Shown one piece after another: positions 20,433 to 39,760 of a stretch of 64,000 bases of DNA. This DNA comes from the human T2T-CHM13v2.0 reference genome, Homo sapiens. The notes beneath the pieces were generated by a model. It ran no database searches, was not told the origin of the DNA, and was given only the letters and a program-made list of their open reading frames with translations. The stretch is from assembly GCF_009914755.1 (NCBI RefSeq), contig NC_060932.1, one strand, 5' to 3'. The position numbers and the translations under genes are program-made. Each line of letters begins with the position of its first letter. Position 1 is the stretch's first letter.

Positions 20433-20734
20433 TTTCCTGAGTCCTCACTTTTTTCTTCTCTGACAAATGTTTGAAATTCAGTGAAATACCAAAGGAGTCA
20501 AGGATGAAGGGGACACAGGATGGAATCAGAAAAAACATAAATGGAATCCAGGCAGTTCTATGAGACAACACTGATATATCTCCTTGATAAAGAAAAAATG
20601 TACAGAATATTTAATGAGTCTGTCTTGCCCCAAAAGGGAAAAACACAAGTAGCTAAGCCATTTGCAGAGAGGAAAAATGTCATGGAAAAATGAAAAATCT
20701 CTCTAATGTCTATAGCACATGAAATATCTAAGTA

Positions 20735-21009
20735 GGTGGGTGCAGTGGTTCATGCCTGTATTGGGAGACCAAGGCAGGCAGATCACTTGACGTCAGGAGT
20801 TCAAGACCAGCCTGGCCAAATGGCGAAACCCCGTCTCTATTAAAAATACAAAAATTAGCTGGGCATGGTGGTGGGTGCCTGTAAACCCAGCTACTTAGGA
20901 AGCTGAGGCAGGAGAATCATGTGAACCCAGGAGGCGGAGGTTGCAGTGAGCTGGGATCACACCACTGTACTCCAGCCTGGGCGACAGAGCAAGACTCCAC
21001 CTCAAAAAA
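20735..21009 (+). mobile_element. AluS in the CDH17 3'UTR (antisense in the mRNA)
   Basis: Dimeric Alu with a short deletion after cctgta and a short A tail. Confidence 0.93.
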
Positions 21010-21150
21010 GAAATATTTAGCAAATATTAAAGGACAAGAGGGAATATCTGTTTAAAAAATTATAATGCACGTTAGATGAAAAGTAATAGGATGAGATGGT
21101 TGTTGCTGAAATAGCACTTGCTATATAAATTCAAACATTCCTTTTCAAAT

Positions 21151-21251
21151 TCAGCTTCTCAGAGGTTTGACTTCAGATGCTTGAGCACTTTCAACATTAT
21201 CTTTGCCTTTATCCTTCTTTATGCGGATAAACACAACTGCTAAAATTATAC
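21151..21251 (-). CDS. CDH17: CDH17 exon 18 coding part (IILAVVFIRIKKDKGKDNVESAQASEVKPLRS*)
   Basis: Acceptor ttttag at 21252-21257; TGA at 21151-21153; end of the TM helix plus a short tail. Confidence 0.97.
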
Positions 21252-22614
21252 CTAAAAGAAAAAACCCAGGGTCAAATAAATGGGACCTTTTAAAATGTAC
21301 TGTCACATTCAGTTATAAAGTAGTATTGTGGTAGGAAAAAAATGACTCAACTTCATTTTTGTATGTGATTCAACAAAATTTCACTGTCCTAGTGAATAAG
21401 GGACTCTAGTCGTTGGCCTTCTTGGAGAAATGAGCTTATCATTTATCCTGTTGTATGTATGTATCAAGTCCCAAATCATAGCTGACTTGGTGGCTCTCAC
21501 TGGATCTCGCTGTAAGAATATAGGACCTAATGTTCCACACTATGGAGTGTATATGTCCCACACTATAGAGTGTATAAGCACCTGACAAAGTTCCTGAACT
21601 TTATATATACTTAATATTGATTCTATTCTTCCCCTTTCCTAGAGAAAACAATCCAATTAGCACAACTAGAAAGCTGTTCTCTGACCTGTTCACCTCCCTG
21701 AAGCTGATTTTCATCGTGTCCATACCAACTATCGCATTTCCTTGGGCGCCTTCCTCCTGGATCCTGCCTATGTTGTTGTGGGACCCTGGGTAGACTACTT
21801 AACCTTCTTGGTTTCTCCCACCTGATACATCAAAATTACACTGTGCAGCTCAGCACTGATTGTGTACTGTCAGAGTCCACTATGAAGAAGGAGTTGTTTT
21901 AAGGAAATTAACCTGCTAGTAAGTTTATAGGAGGAATCATGGCAGAAAAGTCTGGATGCTCAGAAACTTATAATTCCAACCCTATCTTGAAAATAAGGTC
22001 ATGAAACTGTAAAATCCTATTACTTCTATTTCTGGATGTCCCCAAACTCAAGCAGTCTTTAACTTGTGGTAAGATTATGGAATTAAATTGATACGTTAAG
22101 AAAATTGCTATCTGATTTGTAAATTCAAAAATCCTTTCAAGGTGGGAGGGCAAATAGAATAAGAAAAGGCACAGAGGCAGAAGGGACCTATGTAAGTGAG
22201 TGGGACCTCAAAAAGACAGCTCAATTACCATGAAAAGTGTGCAGTAGATAGTGGTTCTCAGGGAGGAAAGATGATCACCATGCACACATTAGGATGGGAA
22301 GTGGCCATGACATGAAGGCCCTCCCATGCCATAGGGAGTCCAGACTGAAGGGTATAAAGAAGTGAGACCCCCTTTAGATGCATGAATCAGAGTCCAGTGT
22401 GAGAGTCCAGTGTGACACACTGGATCATGGGAGAAAAGATCAGATGCTGAGAGAACAATCAATAATACTTAGAATAATCCTAGTCCTTCTTTTAAAAGAA
22501 AAAGGATATGAAACCATAAACCCCTTCACTCAGGTACACATGAAATAATGAAGTATCTATTCCTAATGTTTAACTTGTGGTGGGGACAACAGTTGAAAGA
22601 GGGCAATTACTATA

Positions 22615-22940
22615 TAGGTTGAGTATCCTTAATCTGAAAATCTCAAATCTGAAACTTTTGGGGTACCAACTTGATGTCACAAGCATAAAATTCTACACCT
22701 GACCTCATGTGACAGGTTGCAGGCAAAACTTTGTTTCATACACAATATTATTTAAAATATTGTATGAAATACCTTCAGACTACGTGTATAAAATGTTTAT
22801 GAATCACGTGAATTTTGTGTTGAGACTTGGGTCTCATCCCCAAGATATCTCATCGTGTATTTGCAAATGTTCAAAAATCTGGAAAAAACCCAAAATCTGA
22901 AACACTTCTGCTCTCAAGCATTTTGGGTAAGGAAACACTT
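22615..22940. mobile_element. Tigger4/MER46 DNA transposon
   Basis: TIR aggttgagtatcc plus the internal motif ttgagacttgggtctcatccccaagatatctc. Confidence 0.8.
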
Positions 22941-23549
22941 GGAATAGGCACTGAGTTGTTTGCAAAAAAGAAAAAGACAGCTAGATCAGGGGACTGTACT
23001 GTCTAGCCAAGCTAGGGGCTATGGCAGAGGCTGTGGTCATGATGCAATGGGTTATTCTGGGTAGTAAAGAATCAGGGTTCTATGCATAGGGAAGTTCTGC
23101 ACTACACATTTCAGGTATCTCAGCATCGCCACTGGAAGGCTAACTTCTGCCTGTAACAACAATGGCAGGTGAGACCATAAACTCTGGTGTAGGATCTGTG
23201 TATGTCACTCTTTCCCCATCAAGCACAGTGCCTGACACATGGCACAGCTACTGCATTTCTTCCCTCTTTATCACAAAAGCTTTGTAACTAGGCATAATAT
23301 ATGACAATTGATGACCATAAAGCCCCTTATATTTCTAAACTAATAAGGCAATAGAGACAGAGGGTAGTACTAAAGCTGTAACTCCAATCAAGAAAGTCTG
23401 ATGTAATTTGCTGGTGATCTACCTTCTGGGCTATTGCCTGAGTTGCCATTTGAGCAGCCACCAGACCAGTCCAGGAAGACAGGCCCTGAGATGAGCTCAC
23501 ATTTCTGAGGCCCAGGATAAGACTCTTTGAATTAAGAAATTACACTCAC

Positions 23550-23663
23550 CAATCACCAGAAGGGTGGTCAGCAGTATACCAACTGCCATGCCCACAGTGG
23601 GTATCCCAGTCTGGTGACCTGCTGGCCGGAAACAACTTCCTTCCACACAACTGCAGAATGTAA
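23550..23663 (-). CDS. CDH17: CDH17 exon 17 (TFCSCVEGSC...GILLTTLLVI-G), start of the TM helix, 114 nt
   Basis: ORF track 23497..23724; acceptor ttttcag, donor GTGAGT. Confidence 0.96.
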
Positions 23664-23799
23664 CTGAAAAGCAGGACAGTATTTGGTAGGATAAATTCTC
23701 AAGTGAATAGTTGCAGAATCCCATATCAAAGACAAGAATCTCCTCAAACGGCCCATGGTGACAGATACTAGCCTGAGTTGCCTATAGCAGAATATCTAC

Positions 23800-23916
23800 C
23801 TGGTAAAGAAACAATGCCTTCCAAGGGTGGCCGACCCCCATCATTGATGCGGATCAAGACGACATACGCCCTCTCCTCAAAGTCTGTGTGCCTGGTAGAC
23901 AGTCGGGCATGAGTAC
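23800..23916 (-). CDS. CDH17: CDH17 exon 16 (THARLSTRHTDFEERAYVV...GIVSLP-V), 117 nt
   Basis: ORF track 23768..23983; acceptor ggcag after a U-tract, donor GTAGAT. Confidence 0.96.
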
Positions 23917-24419
23917 CTGCCAGGACAGGAAAAAAAAATGAAAATACAACTTCAGACCCTGGATTAGCAGGAATAAAGCTCATTTTGTATCACATACTAA
24001 GGTTGACTGGAACATGGCTAGATATGAGTTAAACTGCCCAAAGTATCATCCACATCATTCCACATGTATCTTCCCATAAGGTAAGAAAGGGCTAAAGCAT
24101 CCTTTAAGTTCTTAATTCATGATTTCTCTGTAGAAATTTATACTAAATATAGTCAATTATCATTTGTAGCACTTATGCTCTATAAAGTTGCCCCAAACAC
24201 TGAATTAATGAATGCTGAACCATTGCTCCTAGAGGAAAGACAGGGTTAGGTTTCTGTGAGCTTCTAGTCATATTTTCCCCAACTGATCAATACATAACCT
24301 TGCTTTTTGTGTGTTGCTGTTCAAAGATATCTTATTTAACATATATTGTTCATTCTAACATTTAACTCACATCTAACAGCACTAGAACTTCCTGAACAAA
24401 GCTTATCAAACACACATAT

Positions 24420-24487
24420 TTAGGTTGGTGGAAAATAATCGCAGTTTTGGACATTACTTTTAATTTGTGTCCCAAACCACAATTTTT
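24420..24487. mobile_element. MADE1 (Mariner MITE) remnant
   Basis: ttaggttggtggaaaataatcgcagttttggacattacttttaat resembles MADE1 ttaggttggtgcaaaagtaattgcggtttttgccattacttttaat. Confidence 0.75.
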
Positions 24488-24567
24488 CCCTGTAAGGCAC
24501 ACATCACAGCCTTCCTGTGCTTAGGAATTCTAGATAGCACTTCAGCACTATAGTTCAAAGCCATTTT

Positions 24568-30540
<5,973 letters not shown>

Positions 30541-32540
30541 AGTTCAGAGCCATTTTAAACAATGAAATCACCAATGAAAAGCACAGAAACGTGAAAAACA
30601 GGGCACTACATAAACTGCAAAAAGTAAAAAAAAACCTAACTAACTTAACAATGTGAGAGCTGGGAATATGTGTGTCCAGTATTTTTCACCACCCTGCCAG
30701 TGTCCATGAAAGCAAAAGCGAAAGCTCCTGTAAGTACTGACTTTTGGGTTACAAATTTTATCATGTAGATTATTTTATAAACACAATCTGCAAATAATGG
30801 GGATCGACTGTATGTGTCAGAAGATTGGAGAGTACCTGGGACTGAGCTTCTGTAGACCTGATTCTGGGTTTCAAATCTGCTGCTTGTTAGCTATGTAATT
30901 GGGTAAGTCATAACATTTATAGGCCTCAAAATCCCTCTGAGTCCAGAAATAAGGGTATGCATGATATTATACCTGGTTTTCAGGGCATTTACCACCTTTT
31001 TTAAAATAGAAAATTGAGAGTACAAAAACACTAAACTTCAAATTTCTAAACAAAAATTTGATTTTGCTACAATTCACACTTATGCCCTCCCTATTCATAT
31101 CTGCCAAGAAATTTTCCCAAATTTGGGAAGATTTAAATATGCATATTTAAAAATTATTATGGCCCACCTAGATAAGATATAGTAACAGGGACCAGATTTA
31201 CCATTCCACCAAAAACAACTAAAAGAACAAAAAATATGTGAAACCATGGGTTTAAAGATTTATATATTAGGCAATGGACAGTGATTTCTGAAAGAAGGAA
31301 AGCAAATGAGGTAAATTTTATAATTGCCTCAGCTTACCACCCAAAGCAAATATCCAGGTATCAGTTGCAGGGAGCAGGAGCTCAGACAGAGCCCAGTGAT
31401 GTCCCTGAGTTGAGGTGATGGAGCACAGGAGTAAGGCAAAGTTAAGAAACTAGAGTTTACAGAGCAGAGTCCCAGAGAGAGCTGCAAAGAGAATGCACAC
31501 TAAAGAGATTTATAGAGGGGTCTCTTAAGGCTTTAGCTGAGTACTGATCAGTGTATTTATATGAAGGAACTACTCAAGGCTGGGGAAAGAACCACCTAAA
31601 AAGATTAGAGAACACAGCGCTCACAAAGAGCCAGGAATCATTCCTGGTCCCTAGAGCTAAAAATCTCATAATTCATGTGCTACCAGGTAGAATACATAGA
31701 AGGCTTCACCTCACAAGTTTGAAAACATTAGCCCTAGAATAAATGCTGCCCTGGCCCTATCTAAGAAAATTTAAAAGCAACACATGAAAGCATCAAACTT
31801 TTTCCAAATGATCTAACTGTATTTCACAATAAAGTTCAAGAATATTTATGGGAATACAAAATATTCAGCATCTAAATGTCTGGCATTTAATAAAAAATTG
31901 CCAGACATTCAGTAAAAGAGAAAAATATGACCTATGAGAGAAAAGATCAATTGACGCCTACCCAGAAATTATACATATTACATAAATAGTGGGAAAAGAC
32001 ATGAAAACAGTTATAATTATATTCTATATGTTCAAGAAGCTACAAGACTGAGAAGTGTAGATAGATACAGAACATTTTAAAAACCCAAGTTAATTTATAG
32101 AAGAAAACTACAAAGTTTGATATAAAAATAGACTAGGTTGGATGAATGGCTATAATATAGCCATTGAATATAGCAGGAAAAAACAGTAAACTTGAAGATA
32201 TAGAAATAAAGCTATCCAAAAAGAAATAGAAAAAAAATAAGCTTTGAGACAACTTCAAGTGGCCTAATACATGTGTAATCGAATTCCTGAAAGCCAAGAA
32301 AGATAGTGGAGAGAAAAACATTTTTGATAAGACAATGGCTAATATTTTTTCCATGTTAGATGAAAACTCCAAATCCTCAGATCCAAGATGATCATCAAAC
32401 TTCAGGAATAAGAAAAATGAATAAAATGCCATCAAGGCAATATGAACATCAAATTACTTAAAAGTAATAAGAGAATATCTTAAAAGCACCCAGAGAAAAA
32501 AGAATACAAACATTCAATGGAACAAGGAAGAACCATAGTG

Positions 32541-32837
32541 GGCAGGGCACCCCCGGTGGCTCATGCCTATAATCCCAGCACTTTGGGAGGCTGGGGCAGG
32601 CAGATTACTTGAAGCCAGGAGTTTGAGACCAGTCTGGCCAACATGGAAAAACCCTGTCTCTACTAAAAATACAAAAAGTAGCTGGGCATCATGGTGTGCA
32701 CCTGTAATCCCAGCTACTAGGGAGACTGAGGCACAAGAATCATTTGAACCTGGGAGGCTGAGATTGTGCCACTGCACTCCAGCCTGGGCAACAGAGTAAG
32801 ACTGTCTCCAAAAAATAAAAAATAAATAAAAAAAAAA
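32541..32837 (+). mobile_element. Alu (S/J)
   Basis: Dimeric Alu with an A-rich tail. Confidence 0.92.
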
Positions 32838-33021
32838 GGGGGGGTGGTGAAATACCTTCAAAGTACTGAAAGAAAAAATGTCTAAATAAATTTAAAAGTA
32901 TTCTAGTCATGTTTTCTGGTTATGATGTAATTAAATTAGAAGTTAGAAAGGTATAAGGTATAGGAAATATTCCCAGAATATTTGGAAACTAAATAACACA
33001 CTTCTAAATAACACATAATCA

Positions 33022-33363
<342 letters not shown>

Positions 33364-35109
33364 TGCAGCTAATGTGACACCTAAGATAAATTTATAGCTC
33401 TAAATGCCTGTTTAACAAAAAGATCTCAAATTAATGGCATCAGCTTCCACCTTAATGAAAACAGAACACGAACAAAAACACAGTGTAGGAAGAATAAAGG
33501 AAACAATAAAGATCTAGCCAGTGAAATATAAAACAAAAACAGAAAAAAAATCAATGAAACCAAAAGCTGGTTCTTTGAAAATATCAATAAAACTTCTAGC
33601 CAGATTATCAGGAAAAAAGATAATTTGCCAATATCAGAATGAGGTGATATCACTACATATTCTACAGATATTAATAAAATATGAACTATATCAATACATT
33701 AGATTAATGAAATAGATGAATTATTTGAAAGGTACAAGCTCAACCAAAAAGAAATATATAAATTGAATTTTTCTATATCTATAAAATTGAATTTGTAGTT
33801 AAAACTTCTTAAAAAGAAAATACACCAGGCCCAGATAGCTTTACTGGCAAATTCTTTCAAACTTTAAGAAGAAGTAATACCAATTTTATGCAAACTTGTC
33901 CAGATAATTGAAGATAAAGAGGTGGAATGCTTCCTCATTATACAAGGCAAAATACAGAGAGAGACCAACATCCCTCATGAATATAGATGCAAAAATTAAG
34001 TTTTAGCAAATCCAACAATACATAAACATGGTAATATTTCATCACTAAGTAGGCTTTATCCCAGGAATAAGGTGATTTTTAGATTCAAAAGTTGATAATA
34101 ATGCATCAATTAATAGGCCCAAAAAATCAAATCAGCCACATAGTCAATACATGGAGAAAAAGCACTTGAAAAATTTAATATCCATTTCCAATTTAGGAAA
34201 AAAAAAAACCCTCACAAATAGGAATAAAAGGCAAAGTCCTAAATCTAATAAAGACGACCTACAATAAAAAACCTACAGCTAACATCATATTTAATGGTGA
34301 AAGGCTAAATGCTTTCTTCCTAAGATCATGAACAAGTCAAGTATTTCTGCTCTTACTACCTCTATTTGACATTTCACTGAAGGTTTCAGCCAGTAATAAA
34401 CAAAAGGCATACAGACTGAAAAGGAAGAAGTCATTATTCACAGACAACATGATTGTCTATGTAGAAAATCTATGAAATCTAAATAAGGTCAGCAAGCCTC
34501 TAGAATACAGATCAGTATACAGAAATCATTATATTCCTATATCTAGAAATATTTAGAAATTGAAATATTTAAAATATCAAAAATATGAAATGCTTAGGGA
34601 AAATTTTGTAAGAACTATACACTGAAAACTAAAACACATTGCTGAACGAAATTAAAGAGCTAAATAAATGGAGACATATACCATGTTCATGAATTGGAAG
34701 ACTTAATATATCAATTCTCCTCCAGATTCCCCAGTAGATTCAATACAATCTCAACAGGATTTTTTTGGTAGAAAGGAACAGGCTACATTCTAAAATTTAT
34801 ACAGAAATGAAAAAGACATAGAATGAAGGAATTTTGAAAAAGAACAAAGTCGGAAAAATTAATCTACCTGATTTCAAGCCTTATACAGCTACAGCAATCA
34901 AGACAATGTGTTATTGGTATAAAAATAGAAACAGATTGATGAAACAGAAAAATTCAGAAATAGATTTATGTATAGGTGGTCACTTGATTTTTGCCAAAGT
35001 TGTTAAGATAATTCAATGTAAAAAAAGGATGTTTTAAACAAATGGTGTTAGAACAGTTAGATAGCTATGTTAAAAACAATAAACTTTGGTCTTTACCACA
35101 CCCCCTATG

Positions 35110-37445
35110 CAAGCATATCTCAGCGATATGGGTTTGGTTCCAGACCACTGCAATAAAGCAAATAGCTCAGTGAAGCAAGTCACACAGATTTTTTGTTTTT
35201 CTACTGAAATAACAGCTTATACTATACTCTAGACTGTTAATAGCATTATACCTAAAAATAAAAAACCCCTAAATGTCCATACCTTAATTTAAAAGTACTT
35301 TGTTGCCAAAAAATGCTAATGATTATCTGACCCTTCAATGAGTCATAATCTTTTTGCTGCAAATCATTTCCTGTCTCAATGTTGGTGGTTGCTGAAGGCT
35401 GGGATGGCTGTGGCAATTTCTGAAAATAAGACAACAATGAAGTTTGTTGCACTTATTGACTCTTCCTTTCATGAGAGAGCCCTCTGTATAGCATGTGATG
35501 CTGGTTGATGGCATTTTACCCACAAGACAACATCTCTCAAAAATTGGAGTAAGTCTTCTCAAACACTGCCACTGTTTTATCAACTATGTTTATGGAATAT
35601 TCTAAATCCTTGCTTGTTATTTCAACAATGTTCATGGCATCTTCACCAGAAGCAGATTCCATTGTTCAAAAACAAACAAACAAACAAAACACATTGTTCA
35701 GTTGTAAGAAGCAACTCTCATTCATTCCAGTTTGATCATGAGAGTGCAGCAATTCAGTTACATCATCAAGGCTCCACTTCTAATTCGAGCTCTATTGTTA
35801 TTTTCACCACGTTTTCAGTGATTCCTCCACTGAAGTCTTGAACCCCTCAAAGTCATCCATGAGGGTTGGAATCAATTTCTTCCAAACTCCTACTAATGTG
35901 TATATTTCAACCTCCTCCCATGAATCACAAATGTTCTTGATGATATCTAAACTGGTGAATCATTTCCAGAAGGTTTTCAATTTACTTTGCCCAGATCCAT
36001 CAGAGGAATTACTATCTAATAGCAGCTATAACCTGATGAAATGTATATCTTAAATAATTTGAAAGTCAGAATTACTCCTTGATCTGGGGCCTGCAGAATG
36101 GATGCTGTGTTAGCAGGCATGAAAACAACATTCATTTCCTTGTACATCTCCACCAGAGCTCTTGAGTAACCAGGTGCATTGTCAATGAGCAGTAATATGT
36201 TGAGAGGAATCTTTTTTGGGGGACAGTAGGTCTCAACAGTGGCCTTAAAGTATTCAGTAAACTATGCTGTAAACAGATGTGCTGTCATCTGGGCTTTGTT
36301 GTTCCATTGACAGAGCACAGACAAAGTAGATTTAGCATAATTCTTAAGGACCCTAGTATTTTAGGAATGCTAAATTAGGGTTGGCTTTAACTTAAAGTCA
36401 CCAGCTGCATTAGCCCTAACAAGAGCCAGCCTGTCCTTTGAGGCTTTGAAGCCAGGCATTTACTTCTCTAGCTATGGATGTCTAAGATGGCATTGTCTCC
36501 CAAAAGAAGGCTGTTTCATCTACATTGAAAAGCTTGTTTAGTGTAGCCACTTTCATTAAGGATCTCAGATCTTCTGGATTACTTGCTTCTGCATCAATTT
36601 GCTGCATCACTTTGCACTTTGTTATGGAAATAGCTTCTTTCCTTAAACATCATAAATCAACCTCTGCTAGCTTCAAACTTATTCTGCAGTTTCCTCACCT
36701 CTGTCAGCCTTTACAGAATTGAAGAGTTAAGGCCTTGTTCTAGGTTAGATTTTGGTTTAAAGGACTATTGTTGCTGTTTTAATCTTCTATCCAGACCACT
36801 CAAACTTTCTCCCTTAATGGCAATAAGGCTATTTTGCTTTTTTATTATTTGTGTTCACTGTAGGTTCACTTTTAATTTCCCTCAATAACTTTTGCCTTCA
36901 CAACTTGGCTAAGCATTTCATGCAAGAGGCCTAGTTTTTGGCCAATCTTGGCTATCAACATAACATCCTCACTAAGCTAAATCACGTCTAACTTTTGATT
37001 TAAAGTGAGAGATGTGTGACTCTTCCTTTCACCTGAACACTTACATGCCATTTTAAGGTTATTAATTGGCCTAATTTCAATATTGTGTCTCAGGCAATAG
37101 GGAGGCCCAAGGAGAGAGAGAGACATGGGGAAACAGCCAGTCTGTGGAGCGTCAGAACGTACGTCGACGTCGCATTGACAGATTAAGTTTGTCGTCTTAT
37201 GTGAGTATGGCTCCGGGTGTCCCAAAATAATTATAATAATAACATCAAAGATCACTGATCAGCATAACAGATATAATAATGAAAAAGTTTAAGAATTACC
37301 TAAATGTGACAGACATACAAAGTGAGCACATGCTGTTGGAAAAATGGCACCAAGAGACTTTGTTGCCACAAACCTTCATTTTATAAAAAAATGGAAGATC
37401 CATTGGGCACGATAAAGCAAAGTGCAATAAGATGAGGTATGCCTA
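35110..37445 (-). mobile_element. Near-full-length Tigger1 DNA transposon (decayed transposase)
   Basis: TIR-like ends caagcatatctc and gaggtatgccta followed by TA; ~2.3 kb; ccagaccactgcaataaagc. Confidence 0.88.
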
Positions 37446-38854
37446 TACAAAAATTACCTTAAAAAGGCATAGAGCTAAATGCAAAAGCTAAAACTATAAA
37501 ATTTGGGAAATGAAAAAAACAGAAAACTTTAGGGACCCTAAGTTTGGCAAAAATTTAAGCATCACAACATACAAATCATGAATAAAACATGAAAAAAATA
37601 GATACCAAAATTTTTAAATTTGCTCTTTAAAAGACTTGCAAAATGAAAAGACAAGCCATGGCCTGGGAGAAAATATTTACAAAAGATATATATCTAACAA
37701 AGCACATCATCTATGTATATTAAAAATGCTTGCAACTCAGCAATAGAATCCAAACAGCCTAATTTTTAAAAAATGAATATCTAACAAGACACTTCACCAG
37801 TGAAGATGGATGGCAAATTGCATATGAAAAGATGCTCAACACCGCTAGTCATTAGAGAAATACAAATAAAACCATTATGAGATACTACTCCACGCCCACT
37901 GGAATGGCTAAAATTAAAGAGGCTGAGCACAGCAAGTGCTGGGAGAATGCTGAGCAACTGGACCTCTCACACACTGGTGGGAATGTAAAATGTTAAGAAC
38001 AATTTGGAAAGTAGTTCAACCTTTCCTTAACAACTGAATCATATAACTCCCATATGACCCAGCCATTCCACTCCTCAGTATTTAACCAAGAAAACTGCAA
38101 ATCTTTGTCCCTACAAAATATTTGTTCACAAATCCTCACAGCAGCTTTGTAATAGCAAAAGTTGGAGTTACAATCAACAGGTGAACAGGTATAGTCATTC
38201 AATGGAATACTACCCCTCAATAATCAGGAATGAAGTACTGATGCATGTAACAACACCGATACATCTCAAAATACTGAGATGAAAGAAGCCAGACCAAAAA
38301 AAATATACATACTATACTATTCTATTTAGATGAAATTATTGAAAATGAAAACTATAGTAATGGAAAGCACTTCAATGGTTGCCTGGGGAGAGGGGATGGG
38401 TGGGAAGCAGAGATTATAATAGGGCATGAAATATCTTCTGGAGGTGGTGGAAATGTTCATTGTCTTGATTGTGCTGATGGCTTCAGTGGTATTTACATGT
38501 AATCAATTCTCATAAAATTGTATACTTTGAATATATATATCTATCTCAAAGTTTTTAAAAATTTCTATAAAATCTGCTTTCCATCTGTCATTGAAAATTT
38601 TGCAAATGATGCTTAGGTCATCCAACTGTTCATCTACACCAAGAGAATGCTGTGTGGTCATAATCTTTCCTCCCTTGAAATCCTGGGGCTTTTTCCCCTC
38701 TGGAGTCCTTCCCTGTACAAGCTTCCAAAGCATGAACTTCCTTCCTGAAGCATGAAAGAAAGCTCTTTGCTGAGTACAGCAAACCCACCAAGTTAAATAA
38801 AACCTACTTTCATCATCCATCTATGTTTTTTTCCATGTATTTCTCACAACTCAC

Positions 38855-39094
38855 CATTGATTTTGGAAACTTCCCAGTCGTTTTGTAAGCTTCCACTGCC
38901 GAGGGAAAATGTAAAATGGGGACCCCGAAATAAGTGCTGATCATCATCAGTAGCCTCGAAAATGAGACTTCCAGGTGCACTGAGGGGATGGCAGAAGAAC
39001 AAGCCCGTGTAGTCCTTGGCTAGCCTGGGAGGGTTGTCATTCACATCCATAAGGATCAGGTGGAACTCTGACACAGAGCTTAAGGAAGACCCCC
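38855..39094 (-). CDS. CDH17: CDH17 exon 15 (GSSLSSVSEF...DVNDNPP...VSKIN-G), 240 nt
   Basis: ORF track 38844..39119; acceptor ccttag, donor GTGAGT. Confidence 0.97.
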
Positions 39095-39259
39095 CTAAGG
39101 AATTGAATGATTGAAACATGGGATCAGTTCACTCATTTTCCTCTTAATAAGAAAGATTTCCCTTTCTTTAAAATTCAAGGAGTTAGGTACACTGAGATGC
39201 TAGAAAGACGACAAGCTTTTAGAATCAAAGACCTAGTTTCATTACTGGTGAAAAAGTCT

Positions 39260-39760
39260 TACTGACCATCATAATAATAACTAAGAGATATGTGCTAATA
39301 TTTTACATATATTACTTCAAAATAATTGTGAAAACTGAGCTCAGAAGTTGTGTAACTTGCCCAAGGCAGAGAGGTTTTCAATCCAAGAGGTCTAACTCTA
39401 GCACTCACACCTTCACTTGCTCTTTAGCAGGCCTTAGGCATGTTAGTAGAGTTTTCTAAGCTTATTTTCTTCAGCTGTGTGGCTTTGCAAGAATCCCACA
39501 TATGAGTGAATGTTCTGGAAAATAGTAAAAGGCTCCACAGACATTATTTACTATATGATAGGAGTAAAAAACTTGGATCTGCAGCATAACTGGTTGGTAG
39601 CTATGTAATCTTGGGCAAGTTACTTAATTTCTCAGTGCTTTGGTTTCCTTGTTCACAGTATGTGGTCAATAATAGCACCTACGTTATAGTGTTGTATGAG
39701 GAGTAAGTTATTACACTAAGTGCTCAGTATGGGGCTGTCAGTGCAACATAAACACTGACT
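39260..39760. mobile_element. MIR fragments
   Basis: aactgagctcaga...aacttgcccaagg; ttgggcaagttacttaa... Confidence 0.65.

Larger units (their letters stand above)
20072..21150 (-). other. CDH17: CDH17 3'UTR (~1.1 kb; 3' end approximate)
   Basis: Runs from the stop codon to an AATAAA followed by a GU/U-rich stretch. Confidence 0.85.
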
